A stretch of 64,000 nucleotides of DNA from Geosiphon pyriformis uo1 (taxonomy: Eukaryota; Fungi; Glomeromycota): the NCBI GenBank assembly GCA_016748015.1, contig JAAOMT010000127.1, positions 1 through 64,000 of the forward strand. Direction: 5' to 3'. The translations under genes were made by a program, and so were the position numbers. The first letter of the stretch is position 1. The number at the start of each line of letters is the position of its first letter. Below, in pieces: positions 51,447-64,000 of this stretch. The notes under the pieces were generated by a model. That model had not been told where the DNA came from, made no database searches, and saw only the letters and a list, made by a program, of their open reading frames with translations.

Positions 51447-53344
51447 TCATTGGGAGGGAGATTGGAAGTTCGCACTACCAGTCAAAACCAGACTATCAAA
51501 ACAAGCGGACAAGCTTAACACAGATTTGGAAAGGCCCTTTAACATATTTTCTAATCTAACAACATAAGGGGATGTAGACGAGTCCACAAACATGGCAGAC
51601 TCATGGCCATTGGCCATACTCAAATCTATTTCCACTGTCACATTACTTTCTGAATTCTGCAGTGGGATAATCACTGGCAGCCAGCATTTGTGACCAGGCT
51701 GGGGAACCACCAGCATGAGCAACTCTAATTTCTTAGTTAACTTATCAATTTGTCCTGCAAGACTGACAAGACCATCTTCAATACTAACCAATTTCTTTTC
51801 TAAATTTTTTGCAACAGGAGGGGTAGGTTTACCATCGATGATGGAACCAAAATGTGCCTTACTACCAGAGAGAGAGGGAATAGAGAAAGCACCAACCACT
51901 AATGCCCAAGTTTTACTGTCAAAAGCCAAAAGACGAGAGATAGATGCAGATTTCTTTGCATAAATTTTTGCCAATCTGGATTGGTCCTGAGCCAAAAGGG
52001 GAGCCTTTCTGCCTTCTGCAATCCCAGCATTTTTGACTGATCTACAACTGAGTGCAGTATGACCAAAATTCTTACAAACCGCACATAAAGCCAAAGAAAG
52101 ACAAGACCAATGGAGACCAAGTCTTTTATAACTGGGGTTGTTGCCATTGCATTAACTAATTCCACTTCTGAGCTAAAACACACAGTGGCACAGCGGATGT
52201 GAGAATAACTGACGGGATTGTGATTGATAAAGCAGGTTTTTCCACCAATAGAACCAATAAAATCCCACAAATCATGAGCAGTAGTTCCCATGGGGAGAAT
52301 ATATAGCAAAGTCCTAAAATTATTCCTGGCATCCCATAATTGTTTGTCGATGTCAGCCCTGGCTACCCGAACCATATCCTTCTCAATAAGGATAGACCAC
52401 TTAGAGGCTAAAAAATCAGTCTGGTCTTAATCTTCCAATTCGATGATCGCTTTTTGCCATAAACTCACCAGCTGCATTTTGATCGACTTAATGATGCCAA
52501 ATTCGGCCACAGTCGTACGCACAGTCTCCAAAGATGTTCCCACAGGAATTTTCTTTAGCACAATTGCCCGATTTGTACAATTGTTGACAGGGCACTTGAG
52601 ATTAGTGTTTACCATAACACTATGATCATTAGCCAGATTTGCCACAGTTATCATCACCTCTTCAGAAGTAAACGTGGCCTGAATGATTCCACCAAATTTT
52701 GAGGGGGTAAAAGCTCCCCCAAAACCATTCACACTAGAGAAAAGTTTTCTGACAAAATGTAGTTTTTTCTGAGATGATTTTCCAGAAACAGCCACAAGAT
52801 CAATATTCAAAGCAAAGGATTTACAAACAGAAATTTGAATAGAAGGTTTAAGCAGAAGAGGTGGTAGAAGAAGAATAGAATTATCCAAAACATCATCATC
52901 ATCATTGCTTTTTCTGCCAAAATCAATAGTACTTAGAGGCTTTCCAAGAACACGCTTGGTAACAATTCTCTTGGGACCTTTGGGTGTTGCTTCAATGTCA
53001 TTACCTCCAGACTCTCTTTTACTCTCAAGCTGAAAGCTTGTTTCTTCGATCAGATATTTTTCCCCTATATCGACACTTTCCAACTTAGTAATATTTCCAC
53101 TCTCATGCCTAACCAAATTGCTAGAGGCGGCACCTGCAGAGACACCAACTATCTTGACAGGTTCTTTCAGCAACCCACCTTTGCATTTCTTCCTGGAAGA
53201 GGAGTTGACTACAGCTGTACCAGAAAGTGATTTTTTTTTGGACCCCTTTATAACAGAAATGCCACCGCCGACAGCAGCTTTGTATTCAAACAAAAACGGT
53301 TTTGAAGTATCTAACTGAATAGCGACAAAAAATACGAGAAACAA
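51447..53344 (-). pseudogene. L2 ORF1
   Basis: Fragments 52427-53344, 51899-52375 and 51447-52094 (CAVCKNFGHTALSC knuckle); homologous to L1 ORF1. Confidence 0.82.
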
Positions 53345-55208
53345 AAAACTTTTTTCAAAATATGTACTTTTTCAGAACTTTGGGAAGTAGGAGAGAAAGA
53401 AGTTTTGTTTTTTTTTCTAACAAAAATGTTGACAGTTATTTTGATTTAATTAAACTACTTAAGCTCATTAAAGTCTTTTGTTATCTATTAAAATGTTTAT
53501 TTATTTAATATTATTATTCAAAACAATAATTACTTTTTTTTATAATATTTTTAACAATAAAATTAATTATTAAATTTAATAGTTTTTTAAATAATATAAG
53601 TAAAATAAAAAAACATTAAAAATTATGTTGCTTATATAAGTATTATTATTTATCAAAAATAATAATTGTATATATATATAATACAATTTTTAAAAATTAT
53701 TAATTAATTAATATGTTAATATTTTGCGATTTTTTTAAGCTTAAAAACATTTGCTTTATTATTTGTCTTGTTATAATAAATGTTTACAACTTCTTAAGAT
53801 TTTAGTTTAGTATAAAAATATGTATATTTTTTTAAATAATTTTAAATAATGTTTTTAATGAATAAGTTTTTTAAAGTTTTTTTTATAATTAAAAGCTTTA
53901 TTACAAACTTTATATATAGGATAATTATTGTATTTATTTGTAGCTTTTACATTAATATAATATTATTTGTAAATTTATGTTTTTTAGAACTATTAATGTG
54001 TTGTCAAGCTATTTTATATATATATACAATTATATATTTATTATTTTATATGTAAAAATTCTTTTACCAAGTTATTAAAAACATTAAACATTATTGAATC
54101 TTTTAATAAACAAAAATTTTAAATAAAAAGATTTAGGATAATTTTTTATTAGAAGTTGTTTTATTATATAATTCTAGTTTAGTTAAGTTCAATTTTAGTA
54201 ATACTTACTGGATATTTCAATGAACATTATTAATATATATGCTCTAAAGTAAACATAATTATGTATTTTTTACATATAACTAGCTATTCAAATTCAAATA
54301 CAAATATAAATATCTTTTAAATATTAATTTTGTTTTTTAATTTTCAATGTTATTTATAAAAATAATTAGTTTTATTCAAATGCTTTTTCTTGTAGTTGTA
54401 TGCTATAAACTTTTTAAAATTTATTGTTTGTTAAAAAAATTTTTTATAATTAGTTCAAGATTTTCAATTTTCAGGTTTTTATTTTAGATTATTTAAAAGT
54501 CGAGAGTTCAAAATATGAATAATATCTTTTTTAGAATCGGGAATCTCTATTATTTTATATTATACTTTAAATAATAATAACAATAAGTTAAAACTTAAAG
54601 AAATTTATGACTAAAAGAAATAATAGTTTCAAGATAAAATTTCTATTAACGTCAATATTCTTCTAATTTCTTTAACTATTTTATTAACTTAAAAAAAATC
54701 ACTTAGTTTATTGCTTTTAAAATATTTTATGCAAAATTCAAAATTCTGCAAATAGAAGTTATGCATTTATTTAATACAATATTAATGATTATACAGAATT
54801 AATATTTCCAAAAAAACTGTTTTTTTATAAACCTGAAATGATAAAACCGCGATATTTTTAGCATATAATTTATCCTATTACATTTTCAATTTTCATGGCG
54901 AACTTGCGTTAAAGTATTTTATAAAATTTTCATAATAGCTATTTTTGGACTTTGATTCGTCATTGCTTAATAGTTCAAAAGAGCTATTATTCAAGACTCG
55001 TTAGAAAAAGAAAGGTTTGCAAGATAAGACCTAGTTCAATTTAAGATAACCTCAAATTAAAATAACCAAGTTTTATTTAAGCGGACTGAAATTTTTTTCA
55101 AGATAAATTTAACCGAATAAAACTCGATTACATAATTATTTAATCTTGTAAAATTACAGGAAAAATATAACGTGTGTGTGATTAGCATTAATTTTAAAAA
55201 ATTTGCTT

Positions 55209-56168
55209 TTAATTTACGAGAAGGGTAGCGGCGGCTTCATTATCATATGTATTTGCCGTTTGAGCTGCATTAGCCGCCTCAATTTCAAGTTGATTTGTGT
55301 TGGCAGCTTCATTGCATGCAATAGTTTCATGAGCAGTATTGAGAAGAACGACTGGCTTATATCCTGTTAGAAAATTGCGTTTATTAAATAAAAAGGTTGT
55401 CGCAGCTTCATTATCATAGCTACAGGCGGTTTGAGCTGCATTGGCTGCTTCAATCTCGAGTTGGTTTACGTTGGCGGCTTCATTGGAAGCGATAGTTTCT
55501 TGTGCACTATTAAGTAGAATGACGGGTTTATATTGACCCAAGAAATTCCGTTTGTTGACAAGTAAAGTAGCAGCAGCCTCATTATCATAAGTATTTGCGG
55601 TTTGAGCTGCATTGGCTGCTTCAATCTCGAGTTGGTTTACGTTGGCGGCCTCATTGGATGCAATAGTCTCATGGGCAGTATTGAGAAGAACGACTGGCTT
55701 ATATCCTGTTAGAAAACTGCGCTTATTAAAAAGCAAAGTTGTTGCAGCTTCATTATCATATGTATTCGCTGTTTGAGCTGCATTGGCTGCTTCGATCTCG
55801 AGTTGATTAGTATTGGCGGCTTCATTACATGCAATGGTTTCTTGGGCGGTATTGAAAAGTATAACTGGTTTATACCCTGGCAGTAAATTCCGTTTATTGA
55901 ATAAGAAAGTTGTTGCAGCTTCATTGTCATATGTATTCGCTGTCTGAGCTGCATTGGCTGCTTCGATCTCGAGTTGATTAGTATTGGCGGCTTCATTACA
56001 TGCAATGGTTTCTTGGGCGGTATTGAGAAGAATAACTGGCTTATACCCTGTCAGAAAACTACGCGTTTCAATAGGAGCTGCAGATGCATAAAAGCTTTGG
56101 AAGATAGAAGACGAAAGAGCAATAAGAGTGACCAAAAGTTTGACAAGCTTAGCTCTACTGTTAATCAT
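55209..56168 (-). CDS. KEP precursor, 319 aa (copy 2)
   Basis: Translation identical to 44335-45294. Confidence 0.92.
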   Translation of the reverse strand: MINSRAKLVKLLVTLIALSSSIFQSFYASAAPIETRSFLTGYKPVILLNTAQETIACNEAANTNQLEIEAANAAQTANTYDNEAATTFLFNKRNLLPGYKPVILFNTAQETIACNEAANTNQLEIEAANAAQTANTYDNEAATTLLFNKRSFLTGYKPVVLLNTAHETIASNEAANVNQLEIEAANAAQTANTYDNEAAATLLVNKRNFLGQYKPVILLNSAQETIASNEAANVNQLEIEAANAAQTACSYDNEAATTFLFNKRNFLTGYKPVVLLNTAHETIACNEAANTNQLEIEAANAAQTANTYDNEAAATLLVN

Positions 56169-56657
56169 TTTGATAATTATCAAATTTTGTCAAATTGCTT
56201 TTAAATTGGGAGTTTTTTATTTTTTAATGAGTGGATACTTTTTTTAGGGGAAGAGTTTAGCAATTCATAAATATGAATTTTAGATAATGCAATCATTTTA
56301 CCATTTCTTTCCCTGCCTATGTGCTTTCTGATTAAATTAGGTTTTTATATTATGCTAAATAGTTTTTAATCTTTTTAAGAAAATATGATATTATGCTAGA
56401 AAAATCAAACTTGAATTATGCCATAAAAGTTGAAGCAATTTTATTACTTTATGCTATCTCTTTTAAAGATTTGATCTAAATTTATGCGTGAAAGACGATT
56501 TTTCAAGTCGGAAATTTCATAAAGCACTAAAAAAGGTATTATAAATAAGATTCTTCTTATTCCTAGTATTTAATATTAAAAAAGCATTTTTTTTCTTTGT
56601 AAAAGAATAATCTCTTTAAAAAAAATATCATTTAAAATTAAAATATTTTATTTTAAA

Positions 56658-57086
56658 ATGCCCTCCTTTAAAAAATTTTTTGCTAGTTTCTTTACAATTC
56701 TTCTCGCTATCCAAATCCAATCAGCTCCAATTATTAATAATTCAAACTCGCATTTGAGCTTTTATAAAAGGGAACCCTCTGATGGAATTATCAATAAAGC
56801 CCCGATTGCTACTGCTTTGCCTGCCACGGCAGCTGCGAAGATTGGAACCATAGCTCCAGTTGGTTTAGGTGTGCTCAATCCCATTACCCCGATCAAAAAT
56901 ATTGTAAGCCCGCTTGCCGTTTCACCAATTGGATATGATGGAATTATTGGAGCCCCTCTTCAAAGTAATCTGTATGCTCCAATTGATGGTTATCTCGGCC
57001 GTGGTGTTGGATATGGTAATCTCGGCTACGGCACTGGCTATATGGGAGGACTATCCTCATTCCGGGGTTATGGTGGGCTTTGCTAA
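56658..57086 (+). CDS. Small secreted Gly/Tyr-rich protein, 142 aa (copy 2)
   Basis: Translation identical to 43417-43845. Confidence 0.85.
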   Translation: MPSFKKFFASFFTILLAIQIQSAPIINNSNSHLSFYKREPSDGIINKAPIATALPATAAAKIGTIAPVGLGVLNPITPIKNIVSPLAVSPIGYDGIIGAPLQSNLYAPIDGYLGRGVGYGNLGYGTGYMGGLSSFRGYGGLC

Positions 57087-58097
57087 AGGCTCGCATAGAT
57101 AAAAAGAAATTTAGATGTTTTATTACTATGCTCTTTTAGATTAAAACAATAATTTGAAGTTTTTTTAATAAAAACCAATTGGAAATAAATTTTAATCTAA
57201 ACTTTCATTGAAAGTCAATAAATACTAAATTACTTTCTTATATAACCTTTTTTCTGTTACCTATCATCACTAGAACGATGAGCTTTATCTATATCGCGAG
57301 CAGATCTAAAAGAAATTTTAAATTTCATTATTTCATTATTTCGAAATACCACCTTCGAATTTATTTTAAGACCTTAATATGATAAGGTTCTTAACGATGG
57401 GAAGGCGTTAAAATGGATTATATCATATTTAGTACAAAACCTTGATAATCTTAATTATCCTCCTTATAAGCTATAATTAATATTTGATAGATAGCTTTGC
57501 AAGGTTAAAATCCCTAAGGAGTAAATACGATTTAGAAAATAAATAGATAAATAAAATAATTACATTAAAAAAACCAACTATAAGATATCTTGATTTACTA
57601 ATATGTTGCAAGCTTTCAAATTTATAATGAGTTTGAATACTAATTTTTGCTGCTTAAATACATATATTTCTTAAGTAACTATTATATACTTTTTTTTAAT
57701 TCTTCCTTGTGTTAGATTTAATTTTAAAAGTTTGATCTTAAAAAAATATAAATTAATCCAAATATAAATTTTTTATTTTTTAAATTAATAAAGCAATTAT
57801 ATAGACAATATTTTAAAAGCAGATTAAACATATTAATATATTTTTGGTATTTATTAATGATTTAAGACTTTTAAAAAGCTTTATTTTGTTTTTTTAATAG
57901 TATAATATAATACACAAATATTAAATTACTTATAATATAACTAAATTATAACAAAAGAATCTTAACAATATTTTTAAATTGACAAAGACTTACTGTTTTT
58001 AAAATATTATCAAGCTTAATTTTATAAAATTTTTAAATAATTTATAGATTATGTAATTACAATTAAGATAATTTAAAAATAATAACACAATATAAAC

Positions 58098-61000
58098 TTT
58101 TTTTTTTTTTTTTATTAAGCTTTTAATAAGTGTAGCCCAACTACTACCTAAACTATAGCAATATACAAAATTCTATATTAAGTGTGGCTCATGCACTTCC
58201 TACACATAACTAGCTACTCAGACCAATTAAGACAACACTAAATACTTAAACCACCAATTATTAGAAAGTCATTTAAAAAACTGAAATGTGCACTGAGCAG
58301 ATGAGGATGTAAATTATAACATACATGAATACCTAGTCTGATACCAAAATCAAAGATCGCACTGAGAGACCACAAAGAAGCCAGACCAGATACCACTAGT
58401 ATTACAGATTCATCACATGACAAAAAACTACACTTCTTATAAAGTACTCTTAACTTGGTGGTTAGCAGCTACATAGCAGATCTATGACTTTTAGCAAAGC
58501 TTCAGACTAAACCAATGACTAAAGACTTACTGTCAGAGCCACCATCCAGCAGATAAACTGTATCAGCCACCCAATTTCTCAAAACAAAGCCCTTGGCTAA
58601 AAACATATATAAACAATTTAATGACTCAGTGTCTTATAGAGAGCAAATTACCACACTGTCAGCAGCAAGACCACTAAACATATTAATCTAACAATCAATA
58701 GTCTTTGAAATTAACTCTTTTCTAGCACCAGCATCATAAATGCAAAAGAACATGTGATTAGAATCCTCAACCAACCCACATCAAATACATAGCATGCTCA
58801 GATAACCCAGATCATAAAGCCTTTTCCTCTTGGCTATAGAAAGACAGTTGTGAACAGCTTTTATAAAGTAGGATCAAAGACATACAAAAGAATAGCTGGT
58901 GAAGCCTAATTGAAACTAATTGTCAAAATACTATACACTAAACATATATTGTATATTAATCTCATTGTACAGCATTTTTTCTACAGCATAGGTTGCACAT
59001 TTGGCTTCTCAACTGACAAAGCTCACAGTATTAAAAAGATGCCTAACAAAATGGTGGGCATTTCCAAAGACAGATTTTTCTTTAATAGACAAAAAATGGC
59101 AGAATGTTCTAACAGATAGCATAGTGTCAGAGCTAGTAGCAGTATTGGCCAATAAATCAGCGTGTTTATTGCCATAAATCTCAGAGTGGCTCTTGACTTT
59201 ATTCCAGACTACTGACAAGTTTTTCAATATAATGGTCTGCCAGATCCACTCCCTTTTAATTCAACATTTATTACGAAAATCAGAACCAGTAAAATTTTTA
59301 TAAGAGGTACAAGCATCCAAGAATGCCTAACTGTTTGTGAAAAAAGTAACCAAACTGGAAACAGGAACACACTCCAAAGCAAGAGTGATGGCATGTAATT
59401 CAGTCAGAGTTGACAAAAGCAAGCCACTTACTCCAACTTTCACACCAACATTAATATTGGGAAAATAAGCAGCAACACTACTATGAGCACTTATAGAACC
59501 CAAACTTTTAACTGAGCCATCAGTATAAACCACTACACCATCTGAAGTGTTTTCAAGAAGACATTCACTGATAGAACTTAGACTAACTAGACAATCACCA
59601 GGAATTGGATTAAAAGCTAGGACATGACTACTGACCAAACCACCATTTCCAATGAATTTTGTTAACATACTAAACCAACTAAAAGCCAGACCTCTTGAAT
59701 TTAGTCTTTTTTATCTGTGAAAATTACTTCATGTAAAACATGTACTGTAATGGTCCAAAAGTTGGTTTGCAAAAATAATGCCAAATTTCTTCAGCAAACC
59801 AATCATACTTATATACTAATCCAAACCCAAAACATCAACAACAGTTATGCCACTACCAGTCTAGAAAACATTTGGCAAAACATTGCCCAAGAAGAGTCTG
59901 CATGACACTAGAGTGTTGGTTACATTAGCTAAAAAGAAATTCATAGGATCCAATAACAACATGACCAGAAAACTAAAGAATTGCCAGGACATTCAACTAA
60001 TGGCCTGTAGATTCATTGTTCTGTGTTCGAATAATCTGCTGAGAATGCTTTTCAAATTGGCAAACAGTACCAAATTAGCCAAAGAGTTTTCAGCTTACAG
60101 CTGTCTAAAAGTCTTGAGACCATATAATTCAGAATGTGAAATGGCTTCATTGGGGAAATCCATGAGCAAGTTGGCTTTAAGTTTCAGATTCTTTTTTAGC
60201 AGACTATTTTATTTCTCACAAACATTCATAAAAGCATGACTAAACTACAATCTATATTTAATGATAAGTTGTAAAACAGCAGACACCAAATAGAGAAACT
60301 GTTTATCAGAAACTGCTTTCCTCAAGACCAAGTTAACAAAAAATTTCACATTTAACTGGGCTTTGGCAAGGCTGGGCTTTGAAAGACCATCAGTAGATAA
60401 AAAAATTCCTAAGTATCTATGAGCCTTGCCTCTTTTAGCAATTGAAATATCTGAACCACTAATTTTTAAATAAAAAACTTCAACTCTGCGATTAATAGGT
60501 ATAGCTACTGTCTTCTTAGTGTTAATTGAAATGTCATTAAGATGGAAAAATTTACTAGCTATATTCAAGATATGCTGGGTAACAGCCATGTTATTTCCAA
60601 CCCAAATAATATCATCCACAAATGCCTTTGCAGCCAAATATAATATCAAACCATCCTTGTAATCCCATTTGCAAGTTCATGTAAAAAATTTTGAGTCTAG
60701 CTGGTATTTATACAAACTTTTATGTCTCTTAACCTTATATAGCAAAGGATTATAAAAAATTCTCCATAACAAAGGTGAGAATATCTTATTCTGATCCAGG
60801 CCATTATGAACAATGTATCCATTAGTGAGTCCAAAATCTGTTATTATTTGATTAACATGGTTATTATATATGCTCCCAAAAAACTCAATAAAATGGGGAC
60901 ACATTTTAATTTTGACTAAGCTGTCTCTTAAATGAGACCACCCAACTGAATTATAAGCTTTACACATATCCTGAAGAACAAACCACAGCTCATAATCCTT

Positions 61001-64000
61001 CTCTAGAGCATTTTCAATAATAAAATCTACAGCAAAAATTGGGGTTTGAGTGAAAGTGCTCTTCAAAACTAAAAAATTATCTCCATGTAACACATTATAA
61101 TTGCTACAAGCCAAGGAAATCTTATCAGACAGAATTTTGGATAAAATTTTCTGAGCTGTTTCAATTAATGTTATTGGTCTTATATTAGTGAGAGCTCCCT
61201 CCCAATCATAAGGCTTTGGTATTATAAAAATTCAGGCCTTTTTCCATTGCTTAGAAACTGTACCAGATCTTAAACACTCATTCAAAATATTCAGCAAGCC
61301 ACTGAGAATCTGCTGGTCATCATGTTTCCAAAGCTCATTAGGAATACCAGAAAAACCAGTAGTCTTCCCATCAGGCAGAGACTTAACTACCTACAAAAAC
61401 TTATCAAATCCAATATCACACATAATGCCTGAAAAGACCACATCATCAACATAATTAAAAGGAGCATATTGGTTGAGCCAGCGAACAGGAGTAGAACTAG
61501 GCACCAAATGCTTTCTTATCCATTTTTTTATGATATTATTGATCATTAATTTGACTATCTGAGATTCCAAAACAAGCTTGTCATCTACCACCAAATGATC
61601 AAGTATCACTTTTCAAACAGGACGATTTAGGACACTTCTAATTATTCTACCCTTATCAAAACAAAATTTTTCCATATGTTTGTTAATAGCTTTCCTGATG
61701 GAATTATCTCTGGCAGCCTTGAATTTATAGTATTTGGACTTGTAATAACTTTTCTTGACACATAACAGATGATGTAAGACAACACCAGAACAAATACCAC
61801 TTTCAATCATGCCACAAACTTTGACAGCTTCTCCTTCATCAATGGCAGCCCATGTGTTAATAAAATGTGCAATCCTCAAAACTTGATTAGAGCTCATGTT
61901 TTTCACTAGCTTTGCCACCAACAATTCAAGTCCAACAAACTTTGACAACTGTTTATCCACTGAGACATTGGACCCAGAAAACCACAACCTAGAAAACACC
62001 TCATCAGCAGAAACTACCACCATCTCCTTCAGAATCTCTCATATTGAGTCCAAATTTCCATGATACTTAGCACTATTGAAAACTCCCAACTTCTCCAAAA
62101 ATATGTTCAAAGAACAGCTTCTAAATTGCAACCAACTCTCATTACTAGCATCCTTGATTTGGAATTTCCATCTATTTCTGTTTGTCTGTTTATATATACT
62201 GTTAAGATATACATCCAGGAAACCACCCAAACTAACCACTATTAATACTGCTTTGTGATTAGTATCAAAAAATTTAGAAACTGGCTCCACTTTATGGCCA
62301 ACAATAGCAGATACCAGACTGTGAGTAACAAAAATAAAATTAATGACTTTTTCTATGCCTTTAGAATTGCTCTAAATACATGACTTACCTAATGAATATT
62401 CATGAAAAGAGTTGACTAACCCCAGATCCATGCAAAACTTGAAACTTGCACTCTTTTTAGTATCATCTTAATTGAAATATCCCACTACTGCAAAAGTACT
62501 GGAATTGACAGCTTTGGCAATAAAAAAATTAATTTTAGATGTTTGACCATATTTTGCCTCAGCAGACATACCAGCATATAATCCTAAAATTGTAACAGAT
62601 AACTTCTTCTTAAACAAAAACCTAATAGAAATAATTCATTCAGAAACTTTTTCAATTTTAAAAACATAATAGACCAAAGAATTGTTCATAATAATGGCCA
62701 CTCTGGCACCAAGAAAACCCTTGTCCAAACCAGAAGAAAAAATTCACACCCCTTCAAATTTGTTTATAATTCAAAGTCTAATGCTAGGCTTTAACTTCAT
62801 CTCTGTGACAATTGAAATCATGTTACCCAAATCTATGTGTTAATGCACAATGTCATTTTGCTTAGCTGGAACATTAATGCCATAAATATTGTATGTAACA
62901 ATTTTTCAAACCAGATTATTCATTGGGACAAAGAAAACATCAAAAAACTTAAGCCAGCATATAACTGATCTAACTTCACCAGAACTGAGTTTACAGAGGC
63001 CTCAAAAGCCACAAATTTTAACTTTAAACTGTTCACCTTGGCTGTCAAAATTTTTGAACTACTAATACCCAAAGCTAAAACATCATAAACAGCATGAAAG
63101 AGAGATGAAAAGACTAATTCAGAACCATCCAAAACCATGTCTTGGCCCAAATTCAAACTGACAGTTATTGAAATAGCTGAAATGCTAGAATGAGAAAGAG
63201 AAGCCAGGGGCACTAATTTCATGCCACTCAATTTTCACACAATGCCAGAAATCTGATCCACTAAAAGCTCCAGAGAATATTCCAAAAAAACCAACTGAGC
63301 ATTCAAAGCTAAATTATTAGCTGAGACAAGAGAGGAATCACCACCCAAACCAGAGATGTCAGTAAGAGGGAGAACCAAAACCAGAACCAGAACTAAAAGA
63401 AGAGCTACCTAAGACTAACTTAAGTAAAACTATCTGAGCTCAAAACTTGCCACCAAAAGCAGCAGGACGAGAAATTAGAACACACTTTTTAGCATACAAT
63501 CTAGCAAGCTGAAGACAGATTTCTTCCAAGACAACTTTTTTATAAGATCTTTGGAGGGATGAGACTAACATATTTAAGGAATCACACTTAAGAGCAGAAT
63601 GCCCAAAACAGCCACACCTCTTATAATGAACCAAATCTATCCTAGTCCATAAAAGTCTAATACCACCAAAAATTGGCTTCATGTGAAATGCAGATTCCAG
63701 GTCTTTATCTGAATTAAAACCAATCACAGTGCAGCAAATCTGATTGCCAGTAACAAGAGAGCAATTAATAACACATGTTTTCTCATCAGCTTTTTTTAAC
63801 AAAGTCCCTAAATTATAAGATGTTGTTCTCACAGGCAGAGTAAACAAAAGTGCTCTAAATTGATCCCTAAAAGTTCAAATCCCACAATCTCTTACAGCCT
63901 TGGCTATACACACAGTATTTTTCCCAATTAGAAATGATTATTTAGCCACCAATTAATTAGCCTGGCTTGATTTAGCAAATTCTATTATAGCTTTTTGTCA
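58098..64000 (-). mobile_element. LINE L3, a more diverged relative of L1/L2; 5' end outside the window
   Basis: T-run 58098-58113; QDMCKAYNSV, AFVDD and YLGIFL (RT); VYTDGS and VKSHS...ADL (RNase H); ORF1 pieces 62920-63231 and 63440-63847. Confidence 0.9.

Larger units (their letters stand above)
46641..53419 (-). mobile_element. LINE L2, near full length (~6.78 kb), decayed
   Basis: T10 tail at 46641; 3' UTR similar to L1; ORF1 and ORF2 fragments; 5' end approximate. Confidence 0.92.
54770..57737. repeat. Right arm of the 2,968-bp inverted repeat
   Basis: Reverse complement of 42766-45733. Confidence 0.96.

Noticed and set aside
53400-53520. Target-site duplication for LINE L2
   Set aside because: No convincing match to the sequence left of the T-run at 46641, so the 5' boundary is approximate.
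53849-54055. Short ORFs in AT-rich DNA (also 42595-42807)
   Set aside because: Low-complexity I/F/K/N/Y composition expected by chance in very AT-rich sequence.
42766-57737. Inverted arms as terminal inverted repeats of a giant DNA transposon
   Set aside because: No transposase between the arms (only a LINE and AT-rich DNA), no evident TSD, and the arms consist of host-like genes.

Overview
AT-rich eukaryotic DNA, most likely fungal. The TE content and CpG decay suggest an early-diverging, Glomeromycotina-like genome (inference). About 80% of the window is decayed retroelements. There are three full-length Ty3/Gypsy elements: A 4677-12413, B 15656-25801 and C 29876-39759. All have TGTTAC...TAACA LTRs and 4-bp TSDs, and B and C carry dUTPase. 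There are also two partial Gypsy copies on the minus strand (1-3759), an old Gypsy relic, and three RNase H-bearing LINEs on the minus strand. Everything from 4451 to 39872 is a nested stack inside one old LTR of about 860 bp. The only intact host-like genes are a divergently transcribed pair of secreted-protein genes. One is a 319-aa Kex2-processed repeat precursor predicted to release five 55-aa N/A/T/E/Q-rich peptides; the other is a 142-aa Kex2-cleaved Gly/Tyr-rich protein. The pair is present twice as an apparently perfect 2,968-bp inverted repeat (42766-45733 / 54770-57737). This cassette is the best candidate for an undescribed system, possibly a repellent/functional-amyloid-like surface coat or a peptide precursor. 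The Gypsy elements are also unusual: integrase is a separate ORF after a stop at the end of RNase H, and a conserved non-env ORF follows integrase.
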